From Candidatus Woesearchaeota archaeon (GTDB taxonomy: Archaea > Nanobdellota > Nanobdellia > Pacearchaeales > GW2011-AR1): a stretch of DNA of 24,000 nucleotides. The stretch covers positions 588,708 through 612,707 of the forward strand of contig CAZTFL010000001.1 of NCBI GenBank assembly GCA_964612895.1. Direction: 5' to 3'. The number at the start of each line of letters is the position of its first letter. Positions within the stretch are counted from its first letter, which is position 1. Made by a program: the position numbers and the translations under genes. This document shows positions 15,142-23,125 of this stretch, piece by piece. The notes under the pieces are model-generated. The model searched no databases, was not told where the DNA came from, and worked only from the letters and a program-made list of their open reading frames with translations.

Positions 15142-16710
15142 TTGGGTTTAGTTATTGTAGGAACGGCTACTGGTGTATTTCAGCCTGTAATTGAAAGAAT
15201 TGGCGCGAAAGGAGACGAACTACTAATAAAATTAAATACTGAAAAAGATATTGAAGCTAATGAAGATTATTTTTGTTATTCAACAGTAAAAATGATAAAA
15301 GATCAAGAGGTTAATTGGACCATTTGTGAAGATGGTGAATATTTTAACGCAACGGAGGGAATTAACGGGTTGGTGATTGAAGGAAAGAAGGTTGTTAAAT
15401 TATTTTATGGGAAAAAAGAAATAAAATATTATTTAGAAAAAGATGCAATAGAATATAGAGAATTAAACTCTAATTTAGAAAATTTATGGCAAAAAATTAG
15501 AGAAAATCGAGATTTGTTAAATATATTGTATCTACGTAATAATTTAACAGAAAAAGGTATTGATAAAATAGATTTTGGAGACTACAAAGATTTGGACGAT
15601 TATTATTTTTTCTCTAATAATTGTTCATTAAATAAAGATAAATTATTATATTTGAATACTAATGTTCTTTTCGAATCAAAATGTGTAATAGCTATTCCTA
15701 ACATTAATGGGAACATTGAAGATAGTGTGAAAGATTTAATTATTAACAATGAAGTATTTCAAACATATTTTCAGTTTGTAGATTTAAATAGTAATTCAAG
15801 AGAAATTTGTGAGGAAGTAAATAGAGATGTTAATAACAATGAATTTTTTATGTATTTTAAAGAAATAATAGAAGAATACTCTCTGAAAAATCAAGATGTT
15901 AATATCAAAGAAATAGTTTTTGATAGTGTAGTAAAAAGTTGTCAGACAATTTGTACTGAAGGTGATAGTTCTACCAGTAAACTTAGAGATTACGGAAATA
16001 AATGTTTAAATTTGTGTGATATGAATAGGGAAAAGTATAAAATTTTTCATTCACTTGGAGGAGATTGTTCTAATAGTATAGATTCAAATGAAGGAAATAA
16101 TGAAGAAAGATATAATGGAATTGTAAATAATATTAAGTCAAAAAAAATTTGGTTGGGTATATCTGAGGATTCGTTTATTGATATTGATAGTAATATTCTG
16201 ATAGATGAAAATAATCCCGATATTAATCAAGGTAATGTATTAAACAAAGCAGTTGAAGAATTCAAACAAAAAACTTCTGAAGAACAACAAAGAATATTTA
16301 GTGAAATGCAAAAACAATTTAATGATTTAAGAACCGATGATTTTAATGTTGAATATAAAATTAATCAAACAATAAATATTTCTGATTATTATTCTGAATG
16401 CGGAGGATGGCATTTAGAAACAGGGATAAATGTAATAACTTACGGGCGTGATTATGGAATTGTTTATAATAGTTTAGATAAGTTTGAAAGGAAAATAAAA
16501 TCATTTTTAGGTAGATTAAAAGAATGTCCGAATGTAAATTTTATTACAAAAAATTATTTAATTGTTGAATATAATTCTACGACAAAAATATGGGATTTAA
16601 ATTTATCAGCGCAAATTTTTAATTCGGATGATTTGAATAATTTAGAAAAAGAAATTAAGAGAGTTATAGAATTATTAAATTTATACAATTATAAATCTTT
16701 AAGAAATTAA
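15142..16710 (+). CDS. Hypothetical Cys-rich, probably extracytoplasmic protein, 522 aa from the TTG start; the true N-terminus probably lies upstream (see findings)
   Basis: This is a long uninterrupted ORF in an AT-rich background. I recognise no family. It has about 20 Cys residues and about 8 N-x-S/T sequons. In-frame upstream sequence (from 15025) encodes 'NRKGQIGVGKILAIVLGVIVLGLVIV' but contains no ATG, GTG or TTG. Confidence 0.6.
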   Translation: MGLVIVGTATGVFQPVIERIGAKGDELLIKLNTEKDIEANEDYFCYSTVKMIKDQEVNWTICEDGEYFNATEGINGLVIEGKKVVKLFYGKKEIKYYLEKDAIEYRELNSNLENLWQKIRENRDLLNILYLRNNLTEKGIDKIDFGDYKDLDDYYFFSNNCSLNKDKLLYLNTNVLFESKCVIAIPNINGNIEDSVKDLIINNEVFQTYFQFVDLNSNSREICEEVNRDVNNNEFFMYFKEIIEEYSLKNQDVNIKEIVFDSVVKSCQTICTEGDSSTSKLRDYGNKCLNLCDMNREKYKIFHSLGGDCSNSIDSNEGNNEERYNGIVNNIKSKKIWLGISEDSFIDIDSNILIDENNPDINQGNVLNKAVEEFKQKTSEEQQRIFSEMQKQFNDLRTDDFNVEYKINQTINISDYYSECGGWHLETGINVITYGRDYGIVYNSLDKFERKIKSFLGRLKECPNVNFITKNYLIVEYNSTTKIWDLNLSAQIFNSDDLNNLEKEIKRVIELLNLYNYKSLRN

Positions 16711-17558
16711 TTATCTATTTTGTATAATAATTCTTTTGGATAATTTTCTTCAGATATGCCAGATGATTTTAATAAAATGTAAGGATATTCATATTCTTTT
16801 TTGTTTTTTATATCCAAAATAGTATTTGTTTCTAGATTATAGGTAGGGGCTTCTTTTGTAAATTTTTTATTAACTGGACTATTTTCTATTAAGGAAAAAA
16901 AATCTCCAGAGTTAATTCCCTTGTTATATACTATTATATTATTATTTTTATAAGTAATAGCCACATAAGAATCTTCTATTGGAATATTATCACTATAATT
17001 CAAATTAAAATAATGTGTATCTCCTACAATAATATGTTCCGTTATTTCTGCATTAAATGAAATAATAGGCATAAAAGATTCTGAGATAACTTTCCCTGTT
17101 TTATCTATTTCCTTAAAATTAGAAACATCATAATAAATTAAAAAATCTTTTTCTTTATCAGAAATTATGTCATAACCAATTCTTGTACCTTTTGGAGCAA
17201 CCTTAATTCCATCTTCATTCATTTCTAATGCAATATTATTATTTTTTAATTTCTCGTAAAAATTAATCATTTCAGATTCCTCTTTTTGATTTTCTGAAAT
17301 TGGAGATTCTTGAATTGATTCTATTTCTCTAGTGTATTTTTCTGTTTGAGGTTCAGTTTGAATGTAAGATTCTTGAGATGTTTTTATATCTTGGATAACA
17401 GGATTTTCTTGTTGTACTATTTGAGTTATAGAGGCCTGGCTTACTTTTTCGTCTAGTGTTTTTTTAGAATCTTTACAAGAAATAGAACCAAATAACAGAC
17501 TAGCAACTAAAGCGGACACTCCTAATGCTTTTGCTATCCGGTTAGTTGTTTTATTCAT
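16707..17558 (-). CDS. Hypothetical secreted protein with a lipobox-like signal peptide, 283 aa
   Basis: The N-terminus 'MNKTTNRIAKALGVSALVASLLFGSISCKDSKK' has an n-region, an h-region and a Cys. It is followed by a Q/E/S-rich linker and a beta-rich C-terminal domain. I recognise no family. Its stop overlaps the convergent 522-aa gene by 4 nt. Confidence 0.6.
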   Translation of the reverse strand: MNKTTNRIAKALGVSALVASLLFGSISCKDSKKTLDEKVSQASITQIVQQENPVIQDIKTSQESYIQTEPQTEKYTREIESIQESPISENQKEESEMINFYEKLKNNNIALEMNEDGIKVAPKGTRIGYDIISDKEKDFLIYYDVSNFKEIDKTGKVISESFMPIISFNAEITEHIIVGDTHYFNLNYSDNIPIEDSYVAITYKNNNIIVYNKGINSGDFFSLIENSPVNKKFTKEAPTYNLETNTILDIKNKKEYEYPYILLKSSGISEENYPKELLYKIDN

Positions 17559-17709
17559 AAAGTATGAATGTGTTTAATCTTTAAAAATGTTACGGGACAA
17601 TAGTAACAGTTTACAATTAAACATCAGTTGTGAGTAGGCATATGTCAGTAATCTAAAGTTAGTTGTGAAAAATAGGAATAAATAAAAACATTTTCTTTTA
17701 ATTATTATT

Positions 17710-18168
17710 ATGAAACCGATTTGTCATATGATATATGCTGGTGTAATTTCTTTATTTATGTATTTTTTTTATAGTGTTTCAATATATTTTTTATTTATTT
17801 TTTGGATATCTTCTTGGTTAATTCCAGATTTAGATCATTATTTTTCTTTTGTTTTTAGGAATAAATCATTTAATTTTTCTAATTTTTTGAGTGTATCTTA
17901 TAATAAAAGAAGTAGTTGGAAAAAAATGAGAAAAGAAGAAAAAAATAATTATAGATATACTCCGATGTTTTTTCATTCTATAGAATGTATTATTTTAATA
18001 TTTCTAATTTCATTTATAAAAATTGATTTTCTTTATATTGCAATGGGAATTATTTTTCATGATTTTTTGGATATAATAGATTTTTATAATAGAAAAGAAA
18101 ATATTTTTATAAAGATGTCATTTATATATACTCTAATATATAATAAAAATAAGAGGTTGTTTAAATGA
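17710..18168 (+). CDS. Small polytopic membrane protein, possibly a YdjM/DUF457-like membrane-bound metal-dependent hydrolase, 152 aa
   Basis: His/Asp motifs sit at TM boundaries ('CH' near the N-terminus, 'LIPDLDHYF', 'FFHSIE', 'FHDFLDIIDF'), resembling the DUF457 pattern. It is ATGA-coupled to the flippase gene. The call rests on weak similarity only. Confidence 0.4.
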   Translation: MKPICHMIYAGVISLFMYFFYSVSIYFLFIFWISSWLIPDLDHYFSFVFRNKSFNFSNFLSVSYNKRSSWKKMRKEEKNNYRYTPMFFHSIECIILIFLISFIKIDFLYIAMGIIFHDFLDIIDFYNRKENIFIKMSFIYTLIYNKNKRLFK

Positions 18169-19529
18169 ATATTTTTAAAGAGGCAAAAAAAGATTCAGAA
18201 AAAATTATAGTTCGTTTTAGAAATAAAAATTTTTCAGGAGATGTTGGACAGGCTGTTAAAAATTCTAGTTGGCAATTTTCTACAAATATTATCGGGAAAA
18301 TATGTTCTTTAATTTTTACAATTATTTTAGCAAGAATTTTAGTCCCCGAAGTTTATGGGTTATATGGATTGGCTTTATCTACTATTTTATTTATTGGAGT
18401 TTTCTCAGATTTGGGATTATCTTCTACCTTAATTACATTAATGTCAAAAACGATTGACAAAAATCCGGGAAAAGCAAAAAAATATTTTTATTATATTACT
18501 AAATTAAAAGTTTTTCTAGTTTTTTTGACATCTTTAATATTAATAATTTTAGCAAAATGGGTAGCTAATTCATATTATAATAAACCAATTTTTTATGCAA
18601 TTTTAGCTGGGGCAGTATATATACCATTTTCATCTTTTTTTAGTTGGACTTCTTCTTTGTTCGTAATTAAAAATAAATTTAAACCAATATTTTTTAAAGA
18701 AATTATATTTCAAATATTAAGAATAATAATTATTCCTATATTAATAATTTTTGTTTTTAATAAATTTGTTTCTGGCGATATTTTATTATTTTGGATTTTT
18801 ATAGCTATTTCCTTTTGTTATTTAATATCTATTTTTTATTCTTTGTTTAAAATAAAAAGTATGAAAATATTATCTTATGAAAAAAATGAAAAATTATCAA
18901 AAAAGGAAATTAAAGGAATTTATAAATTTGCCATTCCATTATCTATAACTGCTTTATCTGGTTCTTTTTTTGGTTTTATCGATACAATAATGTTGGGACA
19001 TTATGTTGATTCTATATTTATTGCATATTATCAAGCGTCTTTTAATTTAATCAATTCTGCATCTGTAATATTGTCTTTCATGGGAATTGCTCTACTTCCA
19101 ATTTTTGCTAGAAGCAATAAAAAAATCTCTATAAAATTATTCAGGAAAAGTAGAATATTTTTATTTTTGATTTCTTTAATTTCTTTAATTTTTACCTTAT
19201 TAATTTCCAATTATTTAATTTTATTTACTTATGGAGAAAATTATCTTTCTTCTATATTTTATTTAAAAGTATTTAGTATTCTTCTTATACTTTCTCCTAT
19301 GATTGAATTGTATACAAATTATTATACATCTAAAAAAAGAACTGGTGTTATAGCTGTAAGTTTGCTGATTTCTACTTTTTTAAATATTGTTTTTAATTAT
19401 ATATTTATAAATTTTGGTTTAAATTATGGAATGAATAAAGCTGTATTAGGTGCATGTATTGCTACAATAATAAGTAGATTTGTTTATTTAGGAATACTTG
19501 GATTTTTTAGGAAGACAATTCATTCTTAA
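18165..19529 (+). CDS. Oligo/polysaccharide flippase of the MOP superfamily (Wzx/RfbX-like), 454 aa
   Basis: It has about 12-14 TM helices. The N-terminal block 'VKNSSWQFSTNIIGKICSLIFTIILARILVPEVYGLYGLALS' is typical of polysaccharide biosynthesis protein/Wzx families. An AAGAGG sequence lies 9 nt upstream. Confidence 0.75.
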   Translation: MNIFKEAKKDSEKIIVRFRNKNFSGDVGQAVKNSSWQFSTNIIGKICSLIFTIILARILVPEVYGLYGLALSTILFIGVFSDLGLSSTLITLMSKTIDKNPGKAKKYFYYITKLKVFLVFLTSLILIILAKWVANSYYNKPIFYAILAGAVYIPFSSFFSWTSSLFVIKNKFKPIFFKEIIFQILRIIIIPILIIFVFNKFVSGDILLFWIFIAISFCYLISIFYSLFKIKSMKILSYEKNEKLSKKEIKGIYKFAIPLSITALSGSFFGFIDTIMLGHYVDSIFIAYYQASFNLINSASVILSFMGIALLPIFARSNKKISIKLFRKSRIFLFLISLISLIFTLLISNYLILFTYGENYLSSIFYLKVFSILLILSPMIELYTNYYTSKKRTGVIAVSLLISTFLNIVFNYIFINFGLNYGMNKAVLGACIATIISRFVYLGILGFFRKTIHS

Positions 19530-19585
19530 TTTTCTATCTATTTAATAATAATAATGATTATAAAGGATTTTGAGATTAATTTAAT

Positions 19586-20680
19586 ATGGAAAATATTGTA
19601 GGTGATAAATTTGACTTCAAAAATTCTAATGATGATATAGATAGGGAATTAGAGGAAATTTTAAAAAAACAATCAGCTAGAATAAAAGTTGTTGGTGTTG
19701 GTGGTGGTGGTGGGAATACAGCTACGAGAATGAAAGAAACAGGAATAAAAGGTGGAGAGGTTATTGCGATAAATACAGATGCTCAGGATTTGTTATATAC
19801 GAAAGCAGATTTTAAAATATTAATAGGAAGAGAAATATCAAAGGGATTAGGTGCGGGAAGCAATCCAGCAATAGGAAGAGAGGCGGCTAGAGAACAAATT
19901 TCTGAAATAAAGAAAAAGCTTTCAGATTCAGATTTAGTATTTATTACATGTGGTATGGGTGGTGGAACTGGTACTGGAGCTGCTCCTGTTGTTGCTGAAG
20001 TTGCTAAACAACAAGGTGCTTTAGTTATTGGTGTTGTAACAATGCCGTTTAATTGTGAAGGTGCAAAAAGAATACAAAATGCTCAAGATGGTCTAGAGAG
20101 AATGCAAGGGGTTGTTGACACTTTAATTGTCATTCCTAATGATAGGCTATTAGATCTTGCCCCGAATTTACCTTTACCTACAGCATTTAAAGTTGCCGAT
20201 GAAATATTAACGGGGGCGGTTAAAGGAATTACAGAATTAATTACAAGTAGTGGATTGGTTAATTTGGATTTTGCGGATGTTAAGGCGATTATGGGTGGTG
20301 GCGGAGTTTCATTAATCGGAACAGGGGAATCAGATTCTAATAATAGAGTTGTTGAGGCTGTTGAAAAAGCATTAAAGAATCCTTTGTTGGATGTAGATAT
20401 AAGAGATGCTAAGGGTGCATTAATTAATGTCGTTGGTGGAAATGACTTATCTCTTGAAGAATATAAAGAAGTTGTTCAAATGATAGGAGAACAATTAAAT
20501 CCAGATGCAAAAATAATAAGTGGTGCAAGAATACAACAAGATATGGAAAATTCTTTGAAGGTTATGGTTATTATAACAGGTGTTAAATCTTCTCAAATAA
20601 GTGGAGAATCAATTTCCGTTGAGAATGCAAGGCTTAAGGATATGGAAGGAGAATTGGGCATAGATTTCTTTGAAGAGTAA
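19586..20680 (+). CDS. ftsZ: Cell division GTPase FtsZ, 364 aa
   Basis: It shows 'VVGVGGGGGNTATRM', 'AINTDAQDL', 'GLGAGSNPAIGREAA', the tubulin signature 'GMGGGTGTGAAPVVAEVAK', 'VVTMPFNCEGAKR' and 'IVIPNDRLL'. Confidence 0.95.
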   Translation: MENIVGDKFDFKNSNDDIDRELEEILKKQSARIKVVGVGGGGGNTATRMKETGIKGGEVIAINTDAQDLLYTKADFKILIGREISKGLGAGSNPAIGREAAREQISEIKKKLSDSDLVFITCGMGGGTGTGAAPVVAEVAKQQGALVIGVVTMPFNCEGAKRIQNAQDGLERMQGVVDTLIVIPNDRLLDLAPNLPLPTAFKVADEILTGAVKGITELITSSGLVNLDFADVKAIMGGGGVSLIGTGESDSNNRVVEAVEKALKNPLLDVDIRDAKGALINVVGGNDLSLEEYKEVVQMIGEQLNPDAKIISGARIQQDMENSLKVMVIITGVKSSQISGESISVENARLKDMEGELGIDFFEE

Positions 20681-20710
20681 ATTTAAAAACTGTTATAATA
20701 TTAATTTTAT

Positions 20711-20890
20711 ATGAATGTTAAACAAAAAATATCTTCAGAATTTACAAAGTATAAAAGAATTTGGAGATTATTAAAGAAACCTACAAAACAAGAATTTTTT
20801 ATGATTTCAAAAATATCTGGAATAGGACTTGGAATTATTGGAATTTTCGGATTTATTATAGCTTTAATTATGAATTTTATCAATTGGTAA
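20711..20890 (+). CDS. secE: Protein translocase subunit SecE (Sec61-gamma homologue), 59 aa; absent from the ORF track
   Basis: My own translation is MNVKQKISSEFTKYKRIWRLLKKPTKQEFFMISKISGIGLGIIGIFGFIIALIMNFINW. 'W.LLKKPTK.EF....K.SG.G..IIG..GFII' matches the archaeal SecE consensus. It lies directly after ftsZ, as in many archaea. Confidence 0.8.
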   Translation: MNVKQKISSEFTKYKRIWRLLKKPTKQEFFMISKISGIGLGIIGIFGFIIALIMNFINW

Positions 20891-20929
20891 TTTGAAAAGT
20901 TTTAAATAGTGAGTTTTGTATTTTTTATT

Positions 20930-21343
20930 ATGACTATTATTGATTTTATGACGGAAAATGCTGTTATTTCCATAATTATTATAGGTATTATTGTTACATT
21001 CATTTCAAGTTTAGTAATGAAAATATTTACTGATCAGAAAAAAATTAAGGAATTAAAAAATAGACAAAAAGAACTCAACTTAGAAGTTCGTGAATTACAA
21101 AAGAAAGGAAATTTTTCTAAAATAGAAGAATTAAACAAGGAAGTTATTGAAGTTGGAATGAGTCTCATGAAAGCATCTTTTAGCGGAAAACAATTCTTAA
21201 TAACAACTATTCCTTTTCTTTTATTATTTAGTTGGTTAAGAGAAACATTTGTTCCAATATTAGGAAGTGGTTGGATTTGGATTTATTTGATATCTTCTAT
21301 GGTATCTTCAATATTAGTTAGAAAAATATTAAATATGGCTTGA
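20930..21343 (+). CDS. DUF106 / EMC3-TMCO1-like membrane protein (archaeal Oxa1/YidC-like insertase candidate), ~137 aa
   Basis: The architecture is TM1, then a basic/acidic coiled coil ('QKKIKELKNRQKELNLEVRELQKKGN...IEELNKEVIEVGMSLMKASF'), then two TM helices ('ITTIPFLLLFSWL', 'WIWIYLISSMVSSIL'), as in DUF106 proteins. The ORF track starts at GTG 20909; ATG 20930 is more likely. Confidence 0.6.
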   Translation: MTIIDFMTENAVISIIIIGIIVTFISSLVMKIFTDQKKIKELKNRQKELNLEVRELQKKGNFSKIEELNKEVIEVGMSLMKASFSGKQFLITTIPFLLLFSWLRETFVPILGSGWIWIYLISSMVSSILVRKILNMA

Positions 21344-22141
21344 TTTTTTTAAGAATTTTTTTGCATTATCTATTCCTAATTCAGAAATTATTCCAGTTAT
21401 TAATTTCATTGGAGTTTTGTCAAATGCTGGATATATTGGATTAATATTTTTATTTCGCTCATCCCAAACTTCTTTTCCATTTCTTTTTTCTATTTCTATT
21501 TTTTTTGTAATTTTTAATGATAAACTACAAGAATATCTTGGAATTTTATAATCTTTTGCTATTTTACATAAGGTTTTTGTTCCTATTTTATTATATACAA
21601 ATTTTTTTGTGATTGCATCTGCTCCGAATAAAAACAAATCACAATGTTTGAGAAGTTCTTCTGCTGCTAAATCTGGTCCGATTATAACTTTTATTCCAAT
21701 TTTAGATAAATCTTTTGCAGTCATTCTTCCTTGTAATAAAGGTTCAACTTCTGTTGTGTATACTGTAAAATTTATTCCTTTTTTTTTAGCATTTTTTAAT
21801 ATATCAATAACAGAGGAAGAATGACAGTGAGTATATATTTTCATATTTTCCTTTATTATTTGAAATCCATTTTCTGCAATTTTTTTATGTGATTTTTCTA
21901 TATTTTCTATAATTTCTTTTGCTGTTTTTTCTATATTTTTTGATTTTTTGATTTTTAATAAAGAATTTTGTAATAATGGTTCGGTTTTTCTAAGAGAAAT
22001 AATTTTTTTATATGATTTTTCTGTAGGATTAAGCAAAAAAGCTTGTATTCCAGCTTTTGCAATATTTTCAGCGCCCTGTATTTTTATAGATTTTATTCTT
22101 TTTAAAATATCTTCATATTTTTTCACATTTCTTTTTTGCAT
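21329..22141 (-). CDS. eIF-2B alpha/beta/delta-family protein (aIF-2BII-like; possible ribose-1,5-bisphosphate isomerase), 270 aa
   Basis: 'GAENIAKAGIQAF', 'IYTHCHSSSVIDILKNAKKKGINFTVYTTEVEPLLQGRMTAKDL', 'LFLFGADAI' and 'YNKIGT' are typical IF-2B family blocks. Confidence 0.8.
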   Translation of the reverse strand: MQKRNVKKYEDILKRIKSIKIQGAENIAKAGIQAFLLNPTEKSYKKIISLRKTEPLLQNSLLKIKKSKNIEKTAKEIIENIEKSHKKIAENGFQIIKENMKIYTHCHSSSVIDILKNAKKKGINFTVYTTEVEPLLQGRMTAKDLSKIGIKVIIGPDLAAEELLKHCDLFLFGADAITKKFVYNKIGTKTLCKIAKDYKIPRYSCSLSLKITKKIEIEKRNGKEVWDERNKNINPIYPAFDKTPMKLITGIISELGIDNAKKFLKKSSHI

Positions 22142-22229
22142 ATAGTTTTTTGTTTTCTAATATATAAAAGATTAACGGAATTTTTTATTTCCAAACTTTT
22201 ATATACTTAAATTACGAAGGTCAATTAAT

Positions 22230-23081
22230 ATGATAGAGATGTTGTTTAAACCTAAAGATGTAGAGAGGCGTCCTTGGCAAATGTTCTTTGTTGGAATGTT
22301 ATATTCTACGATTTCTTTTCTTTTTGTCGCTTTAATTTTTGGAGCAGATGATATTTTAAAAGAAGGTGCTGGAATTTTATTGGTTACTTTTACAGTTATT
22401 TGTTGTTTTCCTTTTTTTTATTATATTTTGAAGTCTGAAGAGAATAAAGATGTTGTTATCACGAATTCAGGTAAATTAATGAAAGAACACTATAAAGCAA
22501 TTAGTATTCTTTTGTGGCTTTTTCTAGGAATATTAATAACTTTTTCTTTTTGGTATATTGTCTTACCTGGTTCTTCTGGACAACACTTCAATTTTCAAAT
22601 AAGAAGTTTTTGTGCTATAAATAATCCAACAAATTATAATTTATGTGTTGAAAATAATGGTTCTATTGTTACAGGTGCTGCTACAAAAGTTGGTTCGTTT
22701 TTATCAATTTTCTCAAATAATATATCAGTTTTGATTTTTACTATAATATTTTCTTTGGCTTTTGGGGCGGGAGCTATTTTTATTCTTGTTTGGAATGCAA
22801 GTGTTATTTCTGCAGCTATTGGTATATTCGCAGAAGGAAGTTTGAAGAATCTTCCATTAGGTTTTTTAAGATATATGATTCATGGAATTCCTGAAATCGC
22901 GGCTTATTTTGTTGGGGCACTAGCTGGTGGTATAGTTTCAGTAGCTATTGTTAGAAAAGATTTAGAGGGGGAAAGAAAGTGGATAATTTTTGAAGATGCT
23001 CTTATATTATTAATAGTAGCAATTGTTATTCTTATTATTTCTGCCTTTATTGAAGTATTTTTCTCACATACAGTGTTTTAA
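22230..23081 (+). CDS. SpoIIM-like (DUF95) integral membrane protein, 283 aa
   Basis: It is a polytopic membrane protein. 'IFSNNISVLIFTIIFSLAFGAGAIFILVWNASVIS' and 'IHGIPEIAAYFVGALAGG' match the conserved NN...G..G...NG and HG.PE blocks of the stage II sporulation protein M family. Confidence 0.6.
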   Translation: MIEMLFKPKDVERRPWQMFFVGMLYSTISFLFVALIFGADDILKEGAGILLVTFTVICCFPFFYYILKSEENKDVVITNSGKLMKEHYKAISILLWLFLGILITFSFWYIVLPGSSGQHFNFQIRSFCAINNPTNYNLCVENNGSIVTGAATKVGSFLSIFSNNISVLIFTIIFSLAFGAGAIFILVWNASVISAAIGIFAEGSLKNLPLGFLRYMIHGIPEIAAYFVGALAGGIVSVAIVRKDLEGERKWIIFEDALILLIVAIVILIISAFIEVFFSHTVF

Positions 23082-23125
23082 TTTTTTATAGTAGTGTTTT
23101 TAAATATTGATTATATTTTATTTTT

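Noticed and set aside
18269-18457. 62-aa ORF on the + strand
   Set aside because: It is an alternative frame inside the flippase gene. The flippase frame is continuous for 454 aa with typical TM periodicity.
19170-19187. Tandem 9-nt duplication ATTTCTTTA x2 inside the flippase gene
   Set aside because: It is in frame and encodes LIS-LIS within a TM helix. It is a trivial low-complexity slippage product.
21609-22145. Two short + strand ORFs (71 aa and 65 aa)
   Set aside because: Both are antisense to the eIF-2B-family gene, which has strong conserved blocks.
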